Shown: one piece after another, positions 54,509 through 63,595 of the stretch
Layout of the letters: every line of letters begins with the position of its first letter
Numbering within the stretch: position 1 is the first letter of the stretch
Assembly: GCA_009781675.1 (NCBI GenBank)
Contig: WQVG01000003.1
Location: 3,117 to 67,116 of the forward strand
DNA: 64,000 nucleotides
Source: Candidatus Bathycorpusculum acetigenes
Lineage (GTDB): Archaea; Thermoproteota; Bathyarchaeia; Bathyarchaeales; Bathycorpusculaceae
Direction of reading: 5' to 3'
Translations under genes and position numbers: made by a program
The notes under the pieces: generated by a model
Seen by the model: the letters and a program-made list of their open reading frames with translations, nothing else
Told to the model about the DNA's origin: nothing
Database searches by the model: none

Positions 54509-55369
54509 TTAACGTTGTGTTCGCTCATAATGATAGAGGTATTCTTGTGCATAACCTGCATACCTGCCAAAGTAATCTCTAGCAAAAGCGCTGATTTTTA
54601 AATATTCACCGTTAGTGAGTGAGTTGTGGCTCTGCATCTTTTTAACCATCACCGGAGGCAACTGATCGGCATAGTGGTTTAGTATAACACGTTTAACCCA
54701 GACATCCACAGGAAAAGCCTCAAATTTCTCAAGCGAAAAAAGTAGCACACAATCAGCAACTTTTAAACCAACACCCTGAAATTCCAGCAGTTTTTTTTGT
54801 GCTTCCAGATAAGACATAGCCTTCAATAAGTCGAGGTCAACTTTTTCATCGAGAATTTTTCTAGCTGTTAGTTGCACATATTTTGCGCGATAACCCAAGC
54901 CGCATTCCCGCAGACCATTTTCACTAGCTGTTGCTAAACTCTCTGGTGTAGGAAACAGGTAGAACTCTTTGCCATCAAACACATATTTTTTGCCATATTT
55001 CTCTGAGAGTTTTTTGAGCATCTGTTCTATGGCTGCTATGTTTTTATATGCAGAGCAGATAAAGCCAATGAGGCATTCCCAAGGTTCCTGGCGGATAAGT
55101 CGTAATCCCTCAAACTGTTGTAGCGCTTTTTTGATGTAGGTATCCTTGGCGACGCATCTGTGGATCTGCGCTAAGTCATCGTTTAACCCAAAATAACGCC
55201 GCACAAACTCTTCATTAGCACCCTCAAATTCAAGTTCACAACCGGTTTGGCGGATTTTTAGAACAGTTTCACCAATAACACCATACCAGGTGTCGCCGAT
55301 TTTTCGCCAGCGAAATACTTGTCCGCAACAAAGCGAGAAATCCAAATCAAAAACAGCTCCTAGGTGCAT
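54509..55369 (-). CDS. ogg: 8-oxoguanine DNA glycosylase/AP lyase (OGG1 type, HhH-GPD)
   Basis: CCGQVFRW N-domain motif and GVGLKVADCVLLFSL...FPVDVWV (catalytic Lys and Asp). Confidence 0.8.
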   Translation of the reverse strand: MHLGAVFDLDFSLCCGQVFRWRKIGDTWYGVIGETVLKIRQTGCELEFEGANEEFVRRYFGLNDDLAQIHRCVAKDTYIKKALQQFEGLRLIRQEPWECLIGFICSAYKNIAAIEQMLKKLSEKYGKKYVFDGKEFYLFPTPESLATASENGLRECGLGYRAKYVQLTARKILDEKVDLDLLKAMSYLEAQKKLLEFQGVGLKVADCVLLFSLEKFEAFPVDVWVKRVILNHYADQLPPVMVKKMQSHNSLTNGEYLKISAFARDYFGRYAGYAQEYLYHYERTQR

Positions 55370-55375
55370 GTTCTA

Positions 55376-57505
55376 TTAGACCTCCATGAATCTCTCAGGC
55401 TTAGCAACATCTTTGGGCAATCCCTTTCTTTTTCGTATTTCATTGATGATTTCTTGGGCGAGTTTGGGGGGTAGTTTTTCCCAGTGGTCAAATATGGATT
55501 GCCAAACTGCTTTGCCTGAGGTGGTTGAGCGTAGTTCTTTAGATAAGCCAAACGTTTCAGCGACTGGGATGTACCCGGTGATCTGGGTTTGTGGGCCTTT
55601 TTGTTCGAACTGGGTGACTTTGCCCCGGCGGCTGTTGAGGATACGACTGATATCGCCTGCTAAATCTGCAGCTACTGAAAGTATGATTTTATAGATGGGT
55701 TCTTGGAGGCTGGGATTTGCAGTTAAGAAGCTGCCAAATACCGCTTTGCTCACCGTGTGTTCTATCTCAGAGACGGTTGTGTTTGGAGCAATCTCACAGT
55801 CGATAAGTCCTACTCTGAGTTGATGTATAGGCTCGCCACAGAGGGGTCCCGCGGCACAAGCGAATCTAAACCCTGCTTTGATTGCGTCAAGCATCTCTTT
55901 TGATAACTGTTGAGCCTTGCCCTCCACATCAATCAAACTGTTATTATAATCATCGTTGGCCAAGATCTGTTCTTTCTCTTCAGAATCAATATCTTGTTTT
56001 AAGTTCGGTTCAACCTGAACCCGAACGTTACTCTGCTTATCGGCACTCAATGCTAATGCAACTACACCGCTTTTTTGGGCGTACTCCCAATAGACAACCC
56101 GCGGCGGAGAAACCACCACATCAATACCCAGCACTTTCCTTAGTTCGTTGATGGCGACTTCAAAATGCAACTCACCCATACCGCTGAGCAGATACTCCCC
56201 CGTTTCTTTATCCACCAAGAATTTAAGGTTAGGGTCTTCAGAAACAAGCCGCTCAAGTCCCCCCTGAAACGTTTCTATATCCTGTGGATTTTTGGGCTCC
56301 ACCACCAACGTTACCACAGGCTCAGAAATATAGTTAATACATTCAAAGGGTACCATACCATCTTGGCAAGTGGAATCCCAAAGAGTCTCGCCCGCTTCCA
56401 CTTTCCCTGACAAAGATAGCGTAACTAAGTTGCCTGCCAAGGCTTCCCCAACTTCCTCACGCAAAGCACCCATATCAACATAGACCGTCTGCACCTCGGT
56501 CTCTCCCATAGTTCCTACCAGATGAAGTCTGCTCCCTTTTCTGATTTTGCCTGAAAAAACTCTCCCTGTTGCAAGTGTGCCGTTTTTTCCATCTGAATAA
56601 ACATTAGTCACAGCCATAACTATCGGTGGTTCATCATGGCATTCCCTCAAGTTCTTCCCAATTGGTGAGTTGAGGTTGCCGCCCCAAATTTTTTGAATAC
56701 GATAACCTTGGGCCTTCCGCGGATTGGACACCCTTCGTGTGACCATCTCAAAGACGGCCTCATAAACCGGTAACGCCTCCGCAAGCTTAATTGACGCACC
56801 GCTTTTACAAGCCGCTATTATATCTGAAAATTTTAATGCACGTTGCTTTGCCATCTCAATTGTAAAGCCCCAGCCGTAGAGTGCCGCGCCAAAAGCTACA
56901 TTTCCCGCATTAGCGTTAATTTTCCAGGGGTCTTTGTAGGTGGGTTCCGCATAGATCTCGATCAGATCGTTAAAGCTTGTGATTATGTGTTTGAGTTTCT
57001 TCTGGATTGCTTCCTCGTCTAGTTGCAGTTCAGTGATGAGGCGATCAATTTTATTGATAAAGAGCACAGGGCAAACACGTTCTTCTAATGCTTGGCGGGT
57101 TAAGATCTCGGTCTGTGCCATAATCCCCTCGACCGCATCCACTACCACTACAGCACCATCAATTACCCGGAGAGCTCGAGTTGTTTTGCCCGTGAAATCC
57201 ACATGCCCCGGGGTATCCACCAAGTTAATGAGATACGACTCGGCTTGATTATTATACAGCAAAGCTATATTGGCGGTTTTTATGGTAATTTTACGCTTCT
57301 GTTCTTCCTCCAGATAATCAAGTACACGCGCAGTCCCAGCCATCCGCGGAGAAAGTAGTCCTGCACCCGCCAGCAAACAATCAGCCAAAGTGGTTTTGCC
57401 ATGATCGATATGAGCAATAATGCCAATGTTGCGGATACATTCCTTTTTATCCATCAACGCTTGAATTTGCGGAATCTGCTTAAACCGTGGCATTCTATAA
57501 CCCAC
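55376..57505 (-). CDS. EF-2-like translational GTPase; paralog lacking the diphthamide-site motif
   Basis: AHIDHGKTT, DTPGHVDF, NKIDR and five-domain EF-2 colinearity. The domain IV tip reads IDCEIAPNTTVSEIEH instead of the H-x-D-x-x-H-R-G motif. Confidence 0.8.
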   Translation of the reverse strand: MGYRMPRFKQIPQIQALMDKKECIRNIGIIAHIDHGKTTLADCLLAGAGLLSPRMAGTARVLDYLEEEQKRKITIKTANIALLYNNQAESYLINLVDTPGHVDFTGKTTRALRVIDGAVVVVDAVEGIMAQTEILTRQALEERVCPVLFINKIDRLITELQLDEEAIQKKLKHIITSFNDLIEIYAEPTYKDPWKINANAGNVAFGAALYGWGFTIEMAKQRALKFSDIIAACKSGASIKLAEALPVYEAVFEMVTRRVSNPRKAQGYRIQKIWGGNLNSPIGKNLRECHDEPPIVMAVTNVYSDGKNGTLATGRVFSGKIRKGSRLHLVGTMGETEVQTVYVDMGALREEVGEALAGNLVTLSLSGKVEAGETLWDSTCQDGMVPFECINYISEPVVTLVVEPKNPQDIETFQGGLERLVSEDPNLKFLVDKETGEYLLSGMGELHFEVAINELRKVLGIDVVVSPPRVVYWEYAQKSGVVALALSADKQSNVRVQVEPNLKQDIDSEEKEQILANDDYNNSLIDVEGKAQQLSKEMLDAIKAGFRFACAAGPLCGEPIHQLRVGLIDCEIAPNTTVSEIEHTVSKAVFGSFLTANPSLQEPIYKIILSVAADLAGDISRILNSRRGKVTQFEQKGPQTQITGYIPVAETFGLSKELRSTTSGKAVWQSIFDHWEKLPPKLAQEIINEIRKRKGLPKDVAKPERFMEV

Positions 57506-57628
57506 AACACCGCCATAGTTGGAACCGGCGCTCCTATTAGTCTTTTTATTTTCAACCCTAAAACGAAAAACTCACAAAAAAGAAATGTTGACTTCGTTTT
57601 TCAGTGAGGGTATATCACGGTAACATGG

Positions 57629-58093
57629 TTATCCGATTTTTTCTATCTGCTCTGGTCGTTTCGAGTTCAGTTTACTGTGCAATGATAGTCCTTCGAGGAG
57701 AAACAGCACCATTGCAACTGCAGTAATTCCTGTTAAAAATAAGAAGCTTACGTCAATAACTAAATCCTTAATTAGAAAGCTGAGCAGTATTATACTTACT
57801 TCTGCGGCGAATGCGCCCAAAAAAAAGAAGGAGTAAAACATCAATCGAGGCACGAGGTTTTTGCCGACCCACACATGCCCCTTGATGGTTGCTTTCTCTT
57901 TTAGGATGTAGTCGCCGTAGCTGTTTTTCTCTATCAAGCCGAGGTTTTCGAGTTTTTGAAGGTGGCGATGTGCGACACTGGTACTGCTGAGTTCCGCACC
58001 TCGAGTCACGTCTCTTGTTCCCACAGGCCTATCTGCCTGAACGATGTATACATAGACGCTTAATGTGTTACCTTCAAGCTCATCAATAGTCAT
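57629..58093 (-). CDS. Membrane-tethered winged-helix DNA-binding protein, paralog of 52530-52988
   Basis: 60 of 88 hand-aligned N-terminal residues identical to the 52530 protein. Same wHTH plus 2 TM architecture. Confidence 0.6.
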   Translation of the reverse strand: MTIDELEGNTLSVYVYIVQADRPVGTRDVTRGAELSSTSVAHRHLQKLENLGLIEKNSYGDYILKEKATIKGHVWVGKNLVPRLMFYSFFFLGAFAAEVSIILLSFLIKDLVIDVSFLFLTGITAVAMVLFLLEGLSLHSKLNSKRPEQIEKIG

Positions 58094-58102
58094 ATTTTAT
58101 CC

Positions 58103-58825
58103 CTAAATGTTGCCGAAGTGAGTCTGTCGGAATGTGTCCATATCTGAGTTGTCCCTATCTCCAAATACAAATGAATTTCCGTTATTTGTCAGAGTTATGT
58201 GTTGTATGTCTTGATCGTCTGCCCAAGTTACTACTGTATTGTTGCCATCAAAGGTAACGTAACAAACGCTTCTAACATCAAGATAGATTGTTTGCGTATC
58301 CAAAGCCGTCTCAAACTCGTCACCGACGATATATGAATGACCAAAACCTCTTGGATATGTCAATTCTATTAAGTCAGTTATATAGATGCTACCATTGCAG
58401 GCGATGTTAGCTGATGAACCGTTAACCCAGTTTTCCATGTAAAAGGCGTATATTTTAGCAGGGTCTTCATTGTCTGGATTGCCCATACCGATGCAATATA
58501 TGTTCTTTGCAAGTTGCATATCATCAGTGGAGAATGTAACTTCAAAGTATTCGATTCGGGCTTCTGATTGTTGGTTTAAGGCGTTATCGGTGAGTGAGGG
58601 CTGAAAGTCGAGTATCTCTGTAAGCATATACCCGTCATTAGTTAGATCGATGGCAACGTATGCAGAAGGAATTTCTATGTTAAACCATGGCTCACCATAT
58701 GTTTGGTTTGTTTGGGCTTTTGCATTCATAAAGACTGATACGGGTGCAATTGTTGCTATTCCGATTGTTATGGCAAGGATACTTAAAGCGACTAGTTTTT
58801 TTTCGATTTTCATTGGTTTTTTCAC
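58103..58825 (-). CDS. Secreted protein (240 aa), function unknown
   Basis: Signal peptide (KKLVALSILAITIGIATIAPVSVFMNAKA). 9 nt upstream of the wHTH-TM gene. Confidence 0.6.
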   Translation of the reverse strand: MKKPMKIEKKLVALSILAITIGIATIAPVSVFMNAKAQTNQTYGEPWFNIEIPSAYVAIDLTNDGYMLTEILDFQPSLTDNALNQQSEARIEYFEVTFSTDDMQLAKNIYCIGMGNPDNEDPAKIYAFYMENWVNGSSANIACNGSIYITDLIELTYPRGFGHSYIVGDEFETALDTQTIYLDVRSVCYVTFDGNNTVVTWADDQDIQHITLTNNGNSFVFGDRDNSDMDTFRQTHFGNI

Positions 58826-59010
58826 CGTTTCATATACCCTCAGGGCAACATATAATACTCCCCCAAGAACAAAACAGGTTGTAGTGTGTTCTCTTTGAGA
58901 ACAGTTTAGGGGTGATTGCGTTCTGGAGGGGGAAAAGTTATTGAGTATACTTTTTTAAGGGGTTCAAGAGCTAAATTTTACTCATTTTTTAAAAACTTTT
59001 TGAAAAAGCT

Positions 59011-59034
59011 GGTACAATTGGTACACTCGGTACA
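59011..59034. repeat. Three direct GGTACA repeats with 9-bp period
   Basis: GGTACAATTGGTACACTCGGTACA, read directly, about 190 nt upstream of the 58825 start codon. Confidence 0.6.
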
Positions 59035-59294
59035 AACGATATAGTATAATCCAAAAGTTGAAGCTGTCAGGTTAGCTCGAAAACTAATTTAGTGATTTGA
59101 ATTTGTTGAATTTACAGTAACAGTTGCAGGTCCAGTTGTGACTGCGATTGGGTTTTTTTTGGCTTTTTGGCTATTTATAGAAGCGTTTGGCAACAGATAA
59201 TGTGAGGTATTGCAAAAAGCAGGTGAGTTTAAAGGTTAAATGGAAACGCTTAAACCATTTTTCTCGACATACTACCGTAGAGCAGAAAGAAAGT

Positions 59295-59519
59295 ATGAAT
59301 AGACATCGGGTAAATACTCTGACTACTGAGGGACGAATATTGATAGCGCTTGCGTTTGGTTTTTTCTTTGCAGGCATACTTTTAGTCCTTGTTACCGAAC
59401 TCAGAGGGCCCTTGCCAACTATTCAGCGGATGGTTTTCTTTGTCAGTTTAATGACTATTGGAGCTATCATCACTGATATCGTTAGAAAAGTTATGTATAA
59501 GCGTGGGATATATTTTTAA
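59295..59519 (+). CDS. Small two-TM membrane protein (74 aa from ATG 59295)
   Basis: Two hydrophobic helices. The longer ORF from 59187 has an unconvincing N-terminus. Confidence 0.3.
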   Translation: MNRHRVNTLTTEGRILIALAFGFFFAGILLVLVTELRGPLPTIQRMVFFVSLMTIGAIITDIVRKVMYKRGIYF

Positions 59520-59599
59520 TTAAAGAATCCTCTTACACTAACTGGGTGGCTTTTCCATAAGAAAGAGAAGAGGCGAACCAACGGTTGAAAAGACATACG

Positions 59600-59860
59600 T
59601 TAATTTGTTTGCAGAGTTTGGTTATCTGTCTGTTTCTGTTGGGTTTTATCTGCAGATCTAAATATCAGAAGCAGTAAACCTGCACCTATCCACTGCATCT
59701 CAATACCTAGCCCCCACCAACTTGCTGTATTTGTAAACTCCGTTAACTCTCCTACAAATGCCTGAAAGACAAACAAGGTGCCGAACGCTATGAGAAAAGC
59801 GGCAGTCACTGCTGTCAGTTGCAATAATGTGTCTTTGAACGTTTTTTTGTTAGGTGCCAC
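59600..59860 (-). CDS. Small two-TM membrane protein (86 aa)
   Basis: Two hydrophobic helices. GTG start. Confidence 0.35.
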   Translation of the reverse strand: MAPNKKTFKDTLLQLTAVTAAFLIAFGTLFVFQAFVGELTEFTNTASWWGLGIEMQWIGAGLLLLIFRSADKTQQKQTDNQTLQTN

Positions 59861-60151
59861 TTATGCCACACTCTAATGCTACCACTGCGCTTTGATATAA
59901 ACGGGTAAAAGCACTGATATGTATTTCTATTGATAGACGGCAGGATTTTTACATTAAGTTTGGTTTGGGCGTTTAGTTTTAGATAGATTCTAAAAAATCA
60001 TACAATTATGACTTTAAAGCAATAAACTGTTGGCAAAATTTCAGAACTAACGATCAAAGAAACCCAACCGCTAAGTCAAGATCTATACTGCTGTATACAT
60101 ACTCTTCGGCGATGAGTTCACCTTATATTTGTAGCTTTGACAGATTGTTTT

Positions 60152-60619
60152 ATGAAAAAACTCTGGATATTTCTGGCTTTGGTGGTGTTGGTTGCTACTC
60201 AGGTTGCTGTGTTGTCCTCCTTTAGTTCTATCTCTGAGTACACTTGGGCCGATGAGTCTGTGACTGTGGTTATATCAAAACTGGTTTATGCCCATCTTCG
60301 GGTTAAAGTTAGCATATCTGCCGTTGGGAATTCTGGCACAGTATTATTGTTCTCAAATGGTACGCAAAAAGTGATACCTGCCTCATCGTCTTATACGTTC
60401 TCAGTAGCTATGCCAAACAGTGGATTTTTTGGGGGTAGCTTTAGCACTCAGAGCGAAGCAATTAACCTCTCAGATGATCATCCAATTAATGTGGCTTTTC
60501 TCTCTAACGGTACATTCACCCAAACCCCCTACTGGGAAACGGACAAAGTTTCCGTTTATTGGTTTACTGTTCAAGGTAATGCACATATAGCTGTCGAAGG
60601 GATGGGCGCTGGATTTTGA
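60152..60619 (+). CDS. Secreted protein (155 aa), function unknown
   Basis: Start placed at ATG 60152 (MKKLWIFLALVVLVATQVAVL). Beta-rich body. Confidence 0.5.
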   Translation: MKKLWIFLALVVLVATQVAVLSSFSSISEYTWADESVTVVISKLVYAHLRVKVSISAVGNSGTVLLFSNGTQKVIPASSSYTFSVAMPNSGFFGGSFSTQSEAINLSDDHPINVAFLSNGTFTQTPYWETDKVSVYWFTVQGNAHIAVEGMGAGF

Positions 60620-61287
60620 CCGAAGAAATCCTCTTAAGCAAAATGGTCGAGTTTCTCACAGCGATAGATCAAGTTAAAAAATACCGCAAACTCGCCTCTG
60701 CCTTGATTGATTTTGCGTTAATAATTGTCGCTTCAGTTGTTGTTTTATTGACTTTGCACCTTGCGGTTAACCTGCTGAACCTCTACGGAATTAGTAACGT
60801 CTCCTCTAACAGTTGGAGCGTTGCCTTTTCCAACATTTTGATCCTCTGTATCGGTCTACTCATAGGCGTTGTCTGGGTCGGCCAAAAAACAGACACTGTA
60901 AAAACTCAACAATGGAAAAACACTCTAAACGAGGGAACCCCCGGGGCATTAAAACTTCTTCAGGAAACAAACTGGGAAAACATTTTCAGAGATATACGAT
61001 TTGCAAAGCTGGGCTTTGTCCTCTACGGCATCATAAAGGTGGTAGCGTACTGGTTAATAGCGGCCTTTATTTCTGTTATCTTATATGGCTTTATTATGGT
61101 AAATATTTTCCATTTCAGTTTTGATTTTAACTTTATTTCGATTCTGATTGTAGCTTTTGTCTTTGTTTTGATTTTAAGTCTAGGGGATCTTCGTAATCGT
61201 TATGAACAGGTTGGACGTCTTGATTCGCTTCTGTGGGAGCTTCGATGGTTTGAAAGGGAATTCCGGAGAACCGATTTCCAAGCCTGA
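60616..61287 (+). CDS. Four-TM membrane protein
   Basis: TTGA overlap with the upstream gene (TTG start at 60616 per the ORF track). Hydrophobic helices separated by a soluble loop. Confidence 0.5.
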   Translation: MTEEILLSKMVEFLTAIDQVKKYRKLASALIDFALIIVASVVVLLTLHLAVNLLNLYGISNVSSNSWSVAFSNILILCIGLLIGVVWVGQKTDTVKTQQWKNTLNEGTPGALKLLQETNWENIFRDIRFAKLGFVLYGIIKVVAYWLIAAFISVILYGFIMVNIFHFSFDFNFISILIVAFVFVLILSLGDLRNRYEQVGRLDSLLWELRWFEREFRRTDFQA

Positions 61288-61543
61288 TCTCTATGTATTG
61301 GCTAGAGTTATAAAGACTCTAAAAGAGAAAAATCGGATGAACAAAACCGCTCTAGCAACATCAACCGGATTATCCTATGATCGGTTGATCAAATATCTAG
61401 ATTGGATGGCTCAGAAGGGTTTCATCGCGTTTGATTCAAACGATGATGTTGTGCTCACGAAATTGGGCGCTGAAACCTACGATCAACTGGTAAAATGGAT
61501 TCTTCAATACATCGGAAAAGTGCGTTTCCAAAAATTAACATAG
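61202..61543 (+). CDS. Small winged-helix DNA-binding protein. Start uncertain (TTG 61250 also possible).
   Basis: KTALATSTGLSYDRLIKYLDWMAQKGFIAF...VLTKLGAETY is a typical archaeal wHTH. Overlaps the upstream gene. Confidence 0.5.
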   Translation: MNRLDVLIRFCGSFDGLKGNSGEPISKPDLYVLARVIKTLKEKNRMNKTALATSTGLSYDRLIKYLDWMAQKGFIAFDSNDDVVLTKLGAETYDQLVKWILQYIGKVRFQKLT

Positions 61544-61946
61544 CCTTCCTCGATAGTCGCATACCCAACTATTTCTCTTATTAGATCCGAGTTACCCTAT
61601 TTTGGCATGTAAACATACTCCAGATACTTTTTACGAGACTACCCTAACGTGTAGTTGAAGCTGGCGTAGAGGCGTTTTCTGTACTCAGAGCTAGTATCAG
61701 TGCTTTAGTTCCTTTAGACTCCCCATTTTTGTCGCTTCCACATTTGGGGTAATGAGTACAATGCAGTAAAACATCAGCCGCATTTTTGTGTGCTACCGCG
61801 ATCAGCCGTTGCAGAGGTTCAATAACACTCTTGACCCCGTTAGCTTGAGGGTTCTGCAAAGATTTTGCGCATCGATACACATGGCTCTTAGATCGTAGAT
61901 CATAAAAATACACAACAGAACCTGGAGTTGAATATTATTTGATTTT

Positions 61947-62996
61947 CTACAGTGTGTAGGCGGCTTTAGTGAGTTTTTCAGCACCGTTTTCGGTGACAAG
62001 TACTGTGTCTTCGATTCGGACTCCACCGTAACCTGGTACATAAACCCCCGGTTCATTGGTCACTACATTGCCAACTTCAAATATGTCACGGCTGTCAGGG
62101 CCTAAAATTGGTGCTTCATGAATCTCCAATCCCACCCCATGTCCAAGATTATGCACAAAAAACTTGCCCATCCCTGCGGCCTCGATTATCTGCCGGGCTA
62201 CCAAATCGGCCTCTCTGGTCAGTACGTGAGGCTTAATGCTTTCAAGTGCTCTTTGATGTGCAAGCTTTACTGTCTCATAGATTTTTGTTTGTTTCTGGTT
62301 GGGTTTGCCAGCAATGAAGGTGCGGGTGATGTCTGAGCGGTAAAACTTATGCGTTGCACCCAAATCAACAATCACAAAATCATCCTCGCTGATGGTTCTA
62401 TGTTCTGCTCCACCGTGAGGGTAGGCACAGCAAACTCCGCAGACCGCTATGGTCTCAAACGCAACTCCATCTGAACCTGCTTTGCGCATGGCATACTCAG
62501 CTTCAGTTGCAACCTCTCTCTCAGTAACGCCCGCTTTGATTGTTTGAGCGGCGGCTTTTATGCCCTCATCTGCAATTCTGCAGGCTTCCCGAATAAGCCT
62601 AATTTCCTTCTCATCTTTCACCGCCCGCAGACCCCGAATTAGCTGATTTATGGATTCAAGTTTTTCTTCGTTACCAACAGCTTTAGCTAACGCCCGCCAA
62701 CTCTCAATGGACAAGGTATCCACAGCGAGTCTCCCCGAAACATGCTGCGCGATTATATCCATTATATTTTCACCCCGTTTTAGAAGTTGCACTTGGGTAT
62801 CTTTAACTTCAGCCTTTGCCTGTTCGTAATTGACACTGTTCACAAAAAGCACGTTTTGGCCCTGTTCGGGAATGAGAAGTGCCACGGCTCCCTGAAACCC
62901 TGTGAGATAGGTAATATTGGTTGCGTTAAAAACAGCAAAGACGTCGGGTTTATTCTGTTTTGTTGCAGTCTCTTTGAGCCTATCGATCCGCATCAA
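61947..62996 (-). CDS. Xaa-Pro aminopeptidase/dipeptidase (peptidase M24B)
   Basis: Creatinase-like N-domain and pita-bread metal ligands (VDLGATHKFYRSDITRT, HNLGHGVGLEIHE, EPGVY, RIEDTV). Confidence 0.85.
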   Translation of the reverse strand: MMRIDRLKETATKQNKPDVFAVFNATNITYLTGFQGAVALLIPEQGQNVLFVNSVNYEQAKAEVKDTQVQLLKRGENIMDIIAQHVSGRLAVDTLSIESWRALAKAVGNEEKLESINQLIRGLRAVKDEKEIRLIREACRIADEGIKAAAQTIKAGVTEREVATEAEYAMRKAGSDGVAFETIAVCGVCCAYPHGGAEHRTISEDDFVIVDLGATHKFYRSDITRTFIAGKPNQKQTKIYETVKLAHQRALESIKPHVLTREADLVARQIIEAAGMGKFFVHNLGHGVGLEIHEAPILGPDSRDIFEVGNVVTNEPGVYVPGYGGVRIEDTVLVTENGAEKLTKAAYTL

Positions 62997-63595
62997 GATG
63001 ATTCCTGCCGATGAACAAGAACTGAAGGGCTGGTTTAAGTTTTCGCCTCACATGAAAGATGAGCCTAATCTGATACCGTTGAGGCAAGTGCCACTGGCTT
63101 AATGAACCGGTATTTCAACGTACATTTTTGTATCTTTGTCGGCTTTGAGCTAAACGATTTTTTGTGCCCTCAACAGGGCTTTAGCTGTATAAAAAGTGAG
63201 GGCTTATAGCCGTGTTACAGTTACGGTGTTGTATCGTGTCATCCCTGCGGGTAGACTTTGGCGGCTTCGTTCGATTGTTTGGTTTGTGTTCTTGTTTTTT
63301 CTTACTCTCATTCGACTGCTTGGGCGTGTTTACGCTGTTCGATTCGCGATTTTTAGAAATGACACAAACACTCTCGGCAAAAGAGGCGAACACCCGCGAC
63401 AGGAGCAGTCTTAGTCTTCGTGTTTAGATAAAATTGGGTGTGCTCTGAATCTCGTCTAGTTAGATATGACAGTAGAGTTTTGCATAACGATTCATATAAA
63501 AGCCTAAAAAAACATGAACTTTTACCATAGCAGCCCATTACCTTAATATACTGTTCAGGGTGTTCCATACTTTTAAAACTCTGGAGATTAAACGT

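Noticed and set aside
61644-62056. Two overlapping minus-strand ORFs (89 and 84 aa) downstream of the M24B peptidase gene
   Set aside because: They are mutually exclusive, have no SD or recognisable motif, and the second overlaps the peptidase 3' end. The 89-aa ORF (GTG start) cannot be excluded, but it is unsupported.
63181-63568. Five ORFs of 70-72 aa on both strands in the peptidase/AOR intergenic region
   Set aside because: They overlap one another in different frames and are low-complexity (Lys/Asn/Ser-rich or Phe/Leu/Arg/Cys-rich), as expected from skewed non-coding sequence.
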